From Oscillospiraceae bacterium (lineage in GTDB: Bacteria; Bacillota; Clostridia; Oscillospirales; Oscillospiraceae), in the NCBI GenBank assembly GCA_021202845.1, contig JAJQCF010000028.1:3796-67795 (forward strand): 64,000 nucleotides of DNA, given 5' to 3'. The translations under genes were made by a program, and so were the position numbers. The notes under the pieces were generated by a model, which was given only the letters and a program-made list of their open reading frames with translations, was not told where the DNA came from and did no database searches. Shown here one piece after another: positions 47,663 to 56,167 of the stretch. How positions within the stretch are numbered: the first letter of the stretch is position 1; the number at the start of each line of letters is the position of its first letter.

Positions 47663-48118
47663 ATGACTGCAAGACGAAACCTCAAACGGGCAGGAGCCCT
47701 TGTGCTCGCCCTCGCCATGTGCTTCGCACTTGGCGCAACCGCGCTGGCCGACACCGACGTTGGCACTTACAGCGTGACTATCTATCAAGACGGCACGACC
47801 ACAAAATCTATGGCAGATGGCTGCATGGGTGACGCAACCGTTACCCTGTCCGGCACAACCTACACTGTATCCATTCCTCTCACCACCATAACAATGACTT
47901 ACGGTGATTCCACTTACGTCGGAAAAATTACTGATATTGAAATTGAGCAAGCGACAAAATGCAGTGCAGAAGACGATACACTTGTTTTCACTGTATCCAG
48001 CGATGATTTTGCGGAACTCACATTCGATGCCACCATGTCTGTCACTGTTACTGCCATTTCCGGCAGCGGCGGGTATACACATGATAATGTTGCCGCCGAT
48101 ATTGTTTTGAGCAAGTAA
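47663..48118 (+). CDS. Small secreted protein with a single NEAT-like domain (hemophore-like)
   Basis: ATG at 47663 follows AGGAG. It has a signal peptide (MTARRNLKRAGALVLALAMCFALGATALA/DTD) and then about 120 aa: GTYSVTIYQDGTTTKSMADGCMGDATVTLSGTTYTVSIPL...SVTVTAISGSGGYTHDNVAADIVLSK. This follows the NEAT pattern (G.Y.V.f......SMa....a.l.v..g.y.v.l ... Y.h....l). There is no anchor motif. Confidence 0.7.
   Translation: MTARRNLKRAGALVLALAMCFALGATALADTDVGTYSVTIYQDGTTTKSMADGCMGDATVTLSGTTYTVSIPLTTITMTYGDSTYVGKITDIEIEQATKCSAEDDTLVFTVSSDDFAELTFDATMSVTVTAISGSGGYTHDNVAADIVLSK
47750..48115 (+). repeat. Copy 1 of a roughly 366-bp duplicated NEAT-like coding module
   Basis: Long runs of perfect nucleotide identity with 50939..51304, for example a stretch of about 100 nt through CTATCTATCAAGACGGCACGACC...ACTGTATCCATTCC. 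The central third has diverged. Confidence 0.9.
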
Positions 48119-48217
48119 TAACCCCCAACACTGTAGAGGTGCTGTCTCAAAATGGTCTTATAAATCACAAGAGACAGCATCTTCACATTTTCAAATTACA
48201 AACATAAAGGAGTAAAT

Positions 48218-51200
48218 ATGGATATTAAGATATTCAATTTTAGACGCATAACATCCATTTTATTGGTTGCCGTCATGCTTCTTCTTTTCTTGCCGGCGGG
48301 CGTTTTTGCTTCTGATGATGAAGCAAGCGCTGCCGGAGAAAGCGAAACTGCTGCTGTAGAAAGCGCGGAGGCAGAAGCATCAACTGATGCAGACGACGAG
48401 ACTACAGAAACTGCCGAAGCTGCGACAACAGAGACTGCTGAAAACGAAATGAGCACTGATGAAAGCGGCACTGAGGAAAGTTTGACTATCGAAAATTCTC
48501 AAACCGAGGAAACAGAGACATCTGGAGAAAGTGAGGATGCCTCTGCTGCAGAAAATGAAGAAACCTTGATTTCAGTGGCTTCTGCAGAAGCCGAAGAAGA
48601 TACAGGCGCTTATATTGCGGAGGTTTCATATTCTCTCAATGACAGCACCGAAACAGTTAATGTTGCAGACACAGACAGTTTGGTTAATACGCTGGCTGAC
48701 ATTGACACAAGTGCAGCAGATGTTAAGGTAACGTTTTTGAATGACGTTGAATCCGAATGGGCTTCATACGAAATTCCCTGCTCTCTTGAGATAGACCTGA
48801 ACGGAAAAAACGTGTATTTAACCGGGTTATCCAGCGGCACGGCATTTACCATTTCGGCGGATTCTAATTATACCCTGACTGTTTCCGACAGTTCTGAATC
48901 GAATACCGGCGTACTCAAAACAGACGGTGCGGTGTTTAATACGAATGCAGGCACCAAATTGATTATCAATGGCGGAACTTTCATATCAGAAGGTTCTCGT
49001 GTGGTTGTATCTGAAGGCGAGTTGGTTATAAATGGGGGCAATTTTGAGAGTGCAACTGCTAAATCAACAATTCAGTTTCAAGGAACAAGCGCATACATAT
49101 CAAACTGTGATGTTAGAAACCTCTACTCAAGTTCAACCAAAGGGTTTGGAGCTGCTCTTGAGTTATTGAGTTCCGAATATTGTGAAAGTTTTTATTTAAA
49201 AGATTCACAACTAAGTTCCGGCGGCGGAGGTTGTATATACTTCCAGTCACCTCAAGACGAGGTTATATACAATATTGATTCATGCAATGTGGTCGGCGTC
49301 TACGATGCGATTTACGTTAAAAATAATGCAACAGGCGGGACCATTAACCTGCTCGGAGACACAACGCTATACAGCGAAAGCGGCGCGGCGGTGGAATTGA
49401 GAAAATCAGGAACCGGCCTCACGCTCAATTTTTCTGATACTGTTAAGGTGAGTTACAGTGACGCATCAATTCCCGTATTGCCGAGCAGCGCCGTTGCTGC
49501 CTTTCCGGCAGACGAGGACGGAAACCAAATGGTATTTAGTACAGAAGCCGACACCGACGGTTACTACAGCTTTGTAACAACCGCAGGCGTTGTACAATAT
49601 ATGAACGGCTACGAGTATCAAGGTTATCAGTATTTTGGAGACTTTGATGAAACCCTCGCAAGCTCAGAGGAAATTTACAATGCGGGGAATGACGACTCAT
49701 CTTGGGGTTCAGCGCTGTGGAAGGCGTTTAAAACGGCCTATGAAAACGCCTTGGCAGTGAAAGACAACACCAACGCCAACCAGAACGAGATAGACTACTT
49801 CGCAGACGCACTTGCCGCCGCATTGCTTGATTTGAAAGAAAGCAAGGCATCAACAATTAACTTTGACAGTCTGCTCAACGGCGACTACAACGTGAATGTC
49901 TCCATGTGGAACATCGGCTTTACAAATTACTCCATGGCAAATGGCGCGATGAACGAAGACGCGGTTCTGCACATCGGCGACGACGGCGCGTCCGTTACTC
50001 TCACCTTCCACCCGACAACGGCGCTCTTCACCGTCGGCGCGATGACAAACCTTTGGGTATACGAGGGCGAGAGCTTTGAAGCCGGTTACGCCAACCGCGT
50101 TGCGGGAGAAGGGCGCGTTGAGGGCACCTACGGCGACTGGTACACCTATGCCATTGACGACGAGGAAAACCTGACCTACACCACCGAGGCAGCCGAGGAG
50201 GACGCCGACGGCGCGCGCCCCGGCAGCGTCACCATTCCGCTCTATTACCTCGGCACTGACAGTGAGAGCAGAAAAATTTGCGTGCGCATCTCCGTTGACG
50301 TAATGACAGAAATGGGCGTTGGCGACCAAGACGCGATACTCTATCTGGATTACAGCAGCATATCCGCCGTGACGGACACGCTCAGCACCTCGCTCCGCGT
50401 GACGAACAGCGACGGCGAGAGTGCCGAGGACGCAATCACTATTGCCGCAGACAACGAGGGCGACGTGACCCGCACCGTCACGCTGCTGCAGGCGGCGGGC
50501 AGCGGCTATGTCCTTAGCCTCGAAAACAGCAATACGGACGCTGTCTCCGCCGTGCTTGGCGAAGCTGCGACCGAGAGCACAGAGATAGAACAGCTTGACA
50601 TGACCGTGGAGTCCTCGTCCCAGACCCTGACTATCGCAGCGGCGGAGGGACTGGAGGGCACGCAGACCGCAACACTGACGCTGACCGCGACAAACGGCAA
50701 CGACACGCTGACAAAGACCATAGAAGTGACCGTTTCCAGCGAAAAAGCTGTGAAGGTTGAAAGCGTCACCGTCGAAGACGCGACCGCAACCGCGACCCTC
50801 AGCGGCGGCGTTGTGGCGGAAAATGACACCGTGAGCGTCAGCGGCTCCGTCGTCACCGCCGACGCGACTACAGGCAATGCAGACGTCACCGCGGTGAACG
50901 TAATAATTCCGCAGAGCGTGGCCGCCGCGGTGCTGGGCGACACCGCTGTTGACACTTACAGCGTGGCTATCTATCAAGACGGCACGACCACAAAATCTAT
51001 GGCAGATGGCTGCATGGGTGACGCAACCGTTACCCTGTCCGGCACAACCTACACTGTATCCATTCCGCTTACCAGCATCACAATGGATTACGGCGACTCC
51101 ACCTACAGCGGAACGATTTCTGATATTAAGATTAAGCAGGCAAGTGATTGCGATGTGATAAACAATACACTTGTTTTCACTGTATCCAGCGATGATTTTG

Positions 51201-53233
51201 CGGAGCTCACATTCGATGCCACCATGTCTGTCACTGTTACCGCCATTTCCGGCAGCGGCGGGTACACACATAACGATGTTGCCGCCGATATTGTTTTGAG
51301 CAAGGCATCATCAATGCTGGGCGGCTACAGCTCTCTGGTGCTGGCGACCGACGTCGGCAGCGTAACGCTGGACAGCGATATTCTTGCGGGCATAACCGAG
51401 ACCGCAACGCTGACGATTGCCGTCAACAGCACTTACAGCAACTATACCGACGACGACGGCCACGTGTTTGTCTGCGGCTATGACCTGACCCTGAGCACGG
51501 ACTTCAACGGCGGCACGGCGACAGTGAGCGTCCCCTGCGAGAGCACAGATGTTGTTTACGCCTACTGCATAGACGACGACGGCTCCCTTGCCGAGCGCGC
51601 GGCGCTGACCGTAGTCAGCGGCTATGCGAGCTGGAGCACCACCCACTTCTCCACTTGGGCGCTGAGCGAAAAAGAGTACACAATCAGCTCCGGCAGCTCG
51701 TCCGGCGGCTCTTCCGGCGGCTCCTCCAGCAGCACAAGCAGCAGCTTCCTGAACACCGACGGCAACTACCTTGTGACAATCACACTGTACAAGGAGAGCG
51801 CAAACGAGGTTTCCATGGGCGACGTGGCCTTTGAGTACAACCGCAGCGCGCTTGTGACGGTTTCCGGCGGCGAGATAACCTATGTAGAAATTGCCACCAA
51901 CCCCGTCAAGGTTGACCTGTATGTGAGCGCCATGACCGCGCTGGCTCTCACGAACGGCGGAGACGTAGAGGTTCTGGAGCGCGGCGACTTCTCCACAAGC
52001 TACAACGGCACGACCACGAACACATACGAGGACGACAACGGCTACATCAAGCGCGCCAGCTTTGACATGCCCGACGAGGGACAGCCCTCCACGGCGGACT
52101 CCGTGACGTATATCGACGTTACCTTTACCGTTCCCGACACGCCGATGGACGACCTCTATGAAGAGCTTGCCGCGCGTATTCAGTTCGACTGGAGTACCGC
52201 GACAAAGACGAGCAAGAGCCACCTGACCGCTAACACCTCCACCGCGACAGGAAGCAGCAGCAGCGGCGGCGGAACGGCGACCACGGTTGAGGACATTTCG
52301 CTGACCGACAGCGCCACCGGCATCAAACTGGAGACCAACACCAACCGCCTTGACAGCGAGGCGGAGCTGAGAGTTACCGTAGTCACCGAGGGCGACGATT
52401 ACGACAACGCCGCCTCCCTGATGGGTACAGACGACGAGTGGACGCTGTACGAAATTGTCGCGTTGGTTGACGGCACGGTTACAGCTCCCAGCGGCAGCGT
52501 GACGCTGTATATCCCCTGCACCGACGAGGAAGGACTGACCGTCTACCGCATAAACGACAGCGGACGCACCGTCATCAAGGGCTCCGTCAGCGGCAGCTAC
52601 TACACCTTCACCACCAGCTCCCTCGGCCTGTTTGCGATAATCGGCAGCGTGGCCGACGCGGACGAAATTGTTCAGGTCTCCGAGAGCGGCTTCACGGACA
52701 TCGTGGGCCACTGGGCGGAGGAGTACATCGAAACGGTTGTGCAGCGCGGTCTGTTCAACGGCACGGGCGAGACGACATTCGACCCCGACAGCGGCCTGAC
52801 GCGCGGAATGTTCGTGACGGTTCTCGGACGGCTGTACGGCATTGACGCCGAGGCGGAGTTCACCAACGCCTTTGGCGATGTGGACGCCGAGGCATACTAC
52901 GCGCCGTACATAGCTTGGGCGAGCGAAAACGGCATTGTCAACGGCACGGGTGACGACACGTTCGAGCCCGACCGCGAGATAACCAGACAGGAAATGGCGA
53001 CCATAATGAGCCGCTACTTCGAGTTCGCGGAAATCACTCCGCTGGACGGCGAGGCGGTCAGCTACGCCGACGACGCCGACATTGCGGACTGGGCGCGCGA
53101 GGGCGTTGAAAACATGACGAAGGCCGGTTTGTTCTCCGGCACGGACAAGAACGAATTCAACCCGCTCGGCACAGCAACCAGAGCCGAGGCCGCGACGGTG
53201 TTCGCAAGGCTCATAGGCAGCTATGGTCTGTAA
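48218..53233 (+). CDS. Large SLH-anchored surface protein: signal/TM, acidic linker, beta-helix-like region, three NEAT-like domains, two Ig-like modules, three SLH domains
   Basis: 1671-aa ORF. A repetitive NGG/beta-helix-like segment lies at about 48785..49630. NEAT-like segments lie at about 49860..50360 (GDYNVNVSMWNIGFTNYSMANGAMNEDAVLHI), 50939..51304 and 51752..52195 (GNYLVTITLYKESANEVSMGDVAFEYNRSALVTV). Three SLH repeats at 52688..53230 begin FTDIVGHWAEEYI, FGDVDAEAYYAPYI and YADDADIADWAREGV. Confidence 0.85.
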   Translation: MDIKIFNFRRITSILLVAVMLLLFLPAGVFASDDEASAAGESETAAVESAEAEASTDADDETTETAEAATTETAENEMSTDESGTEESLTIENSQTEETETSGESEDASAAENEETLISVASAEAEEDTGAYIAEVSYSLNDSTETVNVADTDSLVNTLADIDTSAADVKVTFLNDVESEWASYEIPCSLEIDLNGKNVYLTGLSSGTAFTISADSNYTLTVSDSSESNTGVLKTDGAVFNTNAGTKLIINGGTFISEGSRVVVSEGELVINGGNFESATAKSTIQFQGTSAYISNCDVRNLYSSSTKGFGAALELLSSEYCESFYLKDSQLSSGGGGCIYFQSPQDEVIYNIDSCNVVGVYDAIYVKNNATGGTINLLGDTTLYSESGAAVELRKSGTGLTLNFSDTVKVSYSDASIPVLPSSAVAAFPADEDGNQMVFSTEADTDGYYSFVTTAGVVQYMNGYEYQGYQYFGDFDETLASSEEIYNAGNDDSSWGSALWKAFKTAYENALAVKDNTNANQNEIDYFADALAAALLDLKESKASTINFDSLLNGDYNVNVSMWNIGFTNYSMANGAMNEDAVLHIGDDGASVTLTFHPTTALFTVGAMTNLWVYEGESFEAGYANRVAGEGRVEGTYGDWYTYAIDDEENLTYTTEAAEEDADGARPGSVTIPLYYLGTDSESRKICVRISVDVMTEMGVGDQDAILYLDYSSISAVTDTLSTSLRVTNSDGESAEDAITIAADNEGDVTRTVTLLQAAGSGYVLSLENSNTDAVSAVLGEAATESTEIEQLDMTVESSSQTLTIAAAEGLEGTQTATLTLTATNGNDTLTKTIEVTVSSEKAVKVESVTVEDATATATLSGGVVAENDTVSVSGSVVTADATTGNADVTAVNVIIPQSVAAAVLGDTAVDTYSVAIYQDGTTTKSMADGCMGDATVTLSGTTYTVSIPLTSITMDYGDSTYSGTISDIKIKQASDCDVINNTLVFTVSSDDFAELTFDATMSVTVTAISGSGGYTHNDVAADIVLSKASSMLGGYSSLVLATDVGSVTLDSDILAGITETATLTIAVNSTYSNYTDDDGHVFVCGYDLTLSTDFNGGTATVSVPCESTDVVYAYCIDDDGSLAERAALTVVSGYASWSTTHFSTWALSEKEYTISSGSSSGGSSGGSSSSTSSSFLNTDGNYLVTITLYKESANEVSMGDVAFEYNRSALVTVSGGEITYVEIATNPVKVDLYVSAMTALALTNGGDVEVLERGDFSTSYNGTTTNTYEDDNGYIKRASFDMPDEGQPSTADSVTYIDVTFTVPDTPMDDLYEELAARIQFDWSTATKTSKSHLTANTSTATGSSSSGGGTATTVEDISLTDSATGIKLETNTNRLDSEAELRVTVVTEGDDYDNAASLMGTDDEWTLYEIVALVDGTVTAPSGSVTLYIPCTDEEGLTVYRINDSGRTVIKGSVSGSYYTFTTSSLGLFAIIGSVADADEIVQVSESGFTDIVGHWAEEYIETVVQRGLFNGTGETTFDPDSGLTRGMFVTVLGRLYGIDAEAEFTNAFGDVDAEAYYAPYIAWASENGIVNGTGDDTFEPDREITRQEMATIMSRYFEFAEITPLDGEAVSYADDADIADWAREGVENMTKAGLFSGTDKNEFNPLGTATRAEAATVFARLIGSYGL
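50939..51304 (+). repeat. Copy 2 of the duplicated NEAT-like coding module (inside the large surface protein gene)
   Basis: See copy 1. The encoded peptides differ mainly in the middle (ITMTYGDSTYVGKITDIEIEQATKCSAEDD versus ITMDYGDSTYSGTISDIKIKQASDCDVINN). Confidence 0.9.
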
Positions 53234-53331
53234 ACATTCGCACCTAAAGCAAAAACAGTAATCCCAAACACCTTGCCGGACGGCGGAGGGGCAAACCTCT
53301 CCGCCGCCTCGGCAGGGCGTAAACCGTTTTC

Positions 53332-53359
53332 AAAGCCGCAGAGACAGCTTTGCGGCTTT
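53332..53359 (+). terminator. Candidate terminator after the large surface protein gene
   Basis: Stem AAAGCCGCA / TGCGGCTTT. A second GC-rich hairpin lies at 53282..53305. Confidence 0.45.
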
Positions 53360-53386
53360 GAAAACAGCTTATGCGGAGGCAGGATA

Positions 53387-54205
53387 ATGAAGGAATTAAC
53401 CGTAAGACAGATGGAGTATCTCCTGCTGTTTGCAACCCACAAATATTCCGAGGCGGGCATGACGAGCGCCGCGGACGAGTTCGGAGTGACAAAGGCGACG
53501 GCCTGCGTCACCGTTGACGCGCTCGAAAGGGCGGGCATGATTACCCGCGGCGAGCTTGGCGAAATCGCGCCCACCGAGGTGGGCGGCGAGATTATAGCGC
53601 CGAGGGTGAAGGCGTTCCATATAGTCAGCGGCTGGATGATGGAGCACATGGGTCTGCTGCCGATAAGAGCGGAGCAGGCCGCAAGGACAATAGTCTGCTC
53701 GCTGGACGACGATATAATCGAAAAATTCCTTAAATATAACAATCAGCCCGCCGCGCCGAAGTCGGAGAGCGAGGATGCCCTTCTCGAAAATCTGCCATAC
53801 GGCGTTTATACGGTGGACTTTGAGGTGAGAAAAAAAGGCAGGACGGAGCTGTCTATGGCAAACGCCGGCTTTCTCAAGCCGGCAATGGCTCTGCGGGAAA
53901 ACGAACGCAGCCTTTTCACGCTCTGCCCTATAAGCATAACGCGGAACATTCGCCTTATGCCCAAACGCTCGGCCATTCTGGAAACGATGTGGTATTACCA
54001 CGGCGACTCGTGGCGCGAGGCGCAGAGCTCTCCCACGGGAGTGACGATTCCCGGGTACGCGATGCGCTTCGACCCCGTTCGCAAGACAGCAACAGTGCGC
54101 GTGCGCATGAGGACGTCCATTTCCCTGCGCTATATGCCGGAGAGCGAGGCGGACATCGTGTTTTTCCTCACCTCATGTGCGGAAGATGAGAAAGTATACT
54201 TATAA
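53387..54205 (+). CDS. DtxR-like winged-helix regulator fused to a C-terminal NEAT-like domain
   Basis: ATG at 53387 follows GGAGG. Residues 1-115 align by eye with the DtxR/MntR N-terminal and dimerisation regions (RQMEYLLLF...AADEFGVTKATACVTVDALERAGMITR...KAFHIVSGWMMEHMGL). Residues from about 135 onward (nt 53789 onward) read GVYTVDFEVRKKGRTELSMANAGFLKPAMALRENERSLFTL...TVRVRMRTSISLRYMPESEADIVFFL, which is NEAT-like. No signal peptide. Confidence 0.75.
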   Translation: MKELTVRQMEYLLLFATHKYSEAGMTSAADEFGVTKATACVTVDALERAGMITRGELGEIAPTEVGGEIIAPRVKAFHIVSGWMMEHMGLLPIRAEQAARTIVCSLDDDIIEKFLKYNNQPAAPKSESEDALLENLPYGVYTVDFEVRKKGRTELSMANAGFLKPAMALRENERSLFTLCPISITRNIRLMPKRSAILETMWYYHGDSWREAQSSPTGVTIPGYAMRFDPVRKTATVRVRMRTSISLRYMPESEADIVFFLTSCAEDEKVYL

Positions 54206-54235
54206 TTACATATACAAATCAGCGAGGTAAAAGAC

Positions 54236-55195
54236 ATGAGAGCAAAAACATTTGTATCCGCGCTGCTGTGCGCCGCGCTGCTGGCGGGCACTGCGGCGGT
54301 AAACGCAATGGCGCTGCAAACGGGAGCCTACACCGGCAGCGTGACAACCAGCTACTATAACCCCGACACGGGAAATGTTGACGACGGCGGTACGTCCAAC
54401 GCCGCGCTGGGCGAGGGAATGTGCCGCTCCGCCACCGCAAAAACGGGGCTTGTGGAAATAGACGGCGACGGAAACGTGTGGGTCACCATTCGCCTGCAGC
54501 TCCAAAGCAGCTGCAGCAACGTGGCGTTCTACACGCGCACGGGCTACGACAGCTATTCCAAGGTCAGCTACACCATTACCGCCGAGGACAGCGGCAATGA
54601 CTCCATAGACTACCGCTTTGCGATTCCCAGCGCCGGCACCTACATAAAGGCCACGATGTATGTGACGCCTATGGGGCGCGACGTGCTGTGGTATCTCTGG
54701 GTAGACACCTCAACGCTTACTTCCGGCAGCGGAGATTTTGTTGTGAGCATAGACCTTTCCGAATCCGCGGCTCCAACCGAAACAGAGGCTCCCGCGGAGA
54801 CTGCCGCGCCCGCCGAAACAGAGACACCGGACGAAACGCCGACGCCCGCCGAGACGCAGATGGCGGCTGAAACCGAGTCTCCGGCGGAAACGGCGCAGCC
54901 CGCCGCGGCCGAGCAGACCGCCGAGCCTGCCGCAGCCGAGTCTCCGCAGGAGACGACGGAGGCCGTAAGCACGGACGAGGACGACGCGGCGGACGTTAGC
55001 TCCGACGTGAGCGCCGCCGCGCCCGTCGAAGCCGACGAAGCCGACGAGGCCGCGAGCTCTGCGGACAGTGCCGACGAAGCGGAAAACGCGGACGAGGAAA
55101 GCCCCGCCGTATCCGGCGCTGTAATCGCTGTCATCGTGGTCATAGCCGCCGCGGCAGCAGTCGGCGCGGTATGCTGTGTGAAAAGGAAGCGGTGA
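54236..55195 (+). CDS. Shp-like heme-binding cell-surface protein with acidic linker and C-terminal TM anchor
   Basis: Signal peptide present. YNPDTGNVDDGGTSNAALGEGMCRS... and ...ATMYVTPMGRDVLWYLWVD match my recollection of Streptococcus pyogenes Shp (YRHPISGQIEDSGG...GQGMVEG and MFVEPMGREVVFYL), including both Met ligand positions. A PAET-rich linker follows, then AVIAVIVVIAAAAAVGAVCCVKRKR. Confidence 0.8.
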   Translation: MRAKTFVSALLCAALLAGTAAVNAMALQTGAYTGSVTTSYYNPDTGNVDDGGTSNAALGEGMCRSATAKTGLVEIDGDGNVWVTIRLQLQSSCSNVAFYTRTGYDSYSKVSYTITAEDSGNDSIDYRFAIPSAGTYIKATMYVTPMGRDVLWYLWVDTSTLTSGSGDFVVSIDLSESAAPTETEAPAETAAPAETETPDETPTPAETQMAAETESPAETAQPAAAEQTAEPAAAESPQETTEAVSTDEDDAADVSSDVSAAAPVEADEADEAASSADSADEAENADEESPAVSGAVIAVIVVIAAAAAVGAVCCVKRKR

Positions 55196-55198
55196 GCT

Positions 55199-56167
55199 AT
55201 GAGAAGGATTATTCTTGTCTGCATTGCCCTGTCCTTGGCTCTGGCGCTCTGCGCCTGCGTTGACCAGCACCCCGAAGAAGATACAGCGGCGGAAAGCACC
55301 GCTGCGGCGGAAAACGCGGCCGCGAATGAAGATGTGGAGGAGCCTGCGCGCATTATAGCGACGTCTTACTCAACCATACTTATATGTGACAAGCTGGGGC
55401 TTGACCTTGTGGCCGTTTGCTCAACCTCCGGCGAGCTGCCGGAGCGCTATCAGGATTTGCCCACCGTCGGCACGGCCATGTCTCCCGATGCGGAAGCCAT
55501 AGCTCTCTTGGAGCCGACGGATGTTATCGGCCCCGACACGCTGGCCGAGACAATAGAGCCTACATATCAGGCAGCGGGGGTGCCCTACACCTTCATAGAT
55601 TTGCAGAGCGTTCAGGGAATGTACGACAGCATTGCCATGCTGGGAGAAAAATACGGCGTGTCGGAGGCCGCCGATACGCTCATTGCCGAATATGAGGAAA
55701 TTTTAGCGGACTTCCAAACAAGCATTGAGGGCGAGGAGCAGCCGACGGTGCTGCTGCTCATGGGTCTGCCCGGAGCTTACATAGAGTGTACGCCCAACTC
55801 CTATGCCGGTTCGCTGCTGGAGCTTGCGGGAGCGGTGAACGTGGTACAGGTTGACGACGAGATGAACTTTGTCTCATGGAACACCGAGGAGCTTTTGGCG
55901 CTTGACCCCGATTACATACTGCTGACGGCTCACGGCCTGCCGGAGCTGGCTATGGAAATGTTCGCCGAGGAGTTTACTACCAACGACATTTGGAAGCATT
56001 TCAGAGCTGTCGAGGACGGGCACGTATATCAGCTTGACTATACGCTCTTCGGCATGAGCTGCACGTTTGACTGGCCGGAGGCGCTTGCAGTTTTGCAGGA
56101 AATACTGTACAGCGAAACATATGAGGCTTACGACGCGGAGGCTGCCTACCTTGAAAACAATTCATAA
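55199..56167 (+). CDS. Heme/siderophore-type ABC substrate-binding lipoprotein (Peripla_BP_2, HtsA/SiaA-like)
   Basis: Lipobox LALCAC. Class III binding-protein pattern (IIATSYST...LDLVAV...LEPTDVIGPD...). Sits directly after the Shp-like gene, as in shp-htsABC. Confidence 0.8.
   Translation: MRRIILVCIALSLALALCACVDQHPEEDTAAESTAAAENAAANEDVEEPARIIATSYSTILICDKLGLDLVAVCSTSGELPERYQDLPTVGTAMSPDAEAIALLEPTDVIGPDTLAETIEPTYQAAGVPYTFIDLQSVQGMYDSIAMLGEKYGVSEAADTLIAEYEEILADFQTSIEGEEQPTVLLLMGLPGAYIECTPNSYAGSLLELAGAVNVVQVDDEMNFVSWNTEELLALDPDYILLTAHGLPELAMEMFAEEFTTNDIWKHFRAVEDGHVYQLDYTLFGMSCTFDWPEALAVLQEILYSETYEAYDAEAAYLENNS

Noticed and set aside
54760-55110. Repetitive Pro/Ala/Glu/Thr coding DNA in the Shp-like gene as a separate repeat element
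   Set aside because: It is low-complexity linker sequence within a continuous ORF, not a discrete DNA repeat family.
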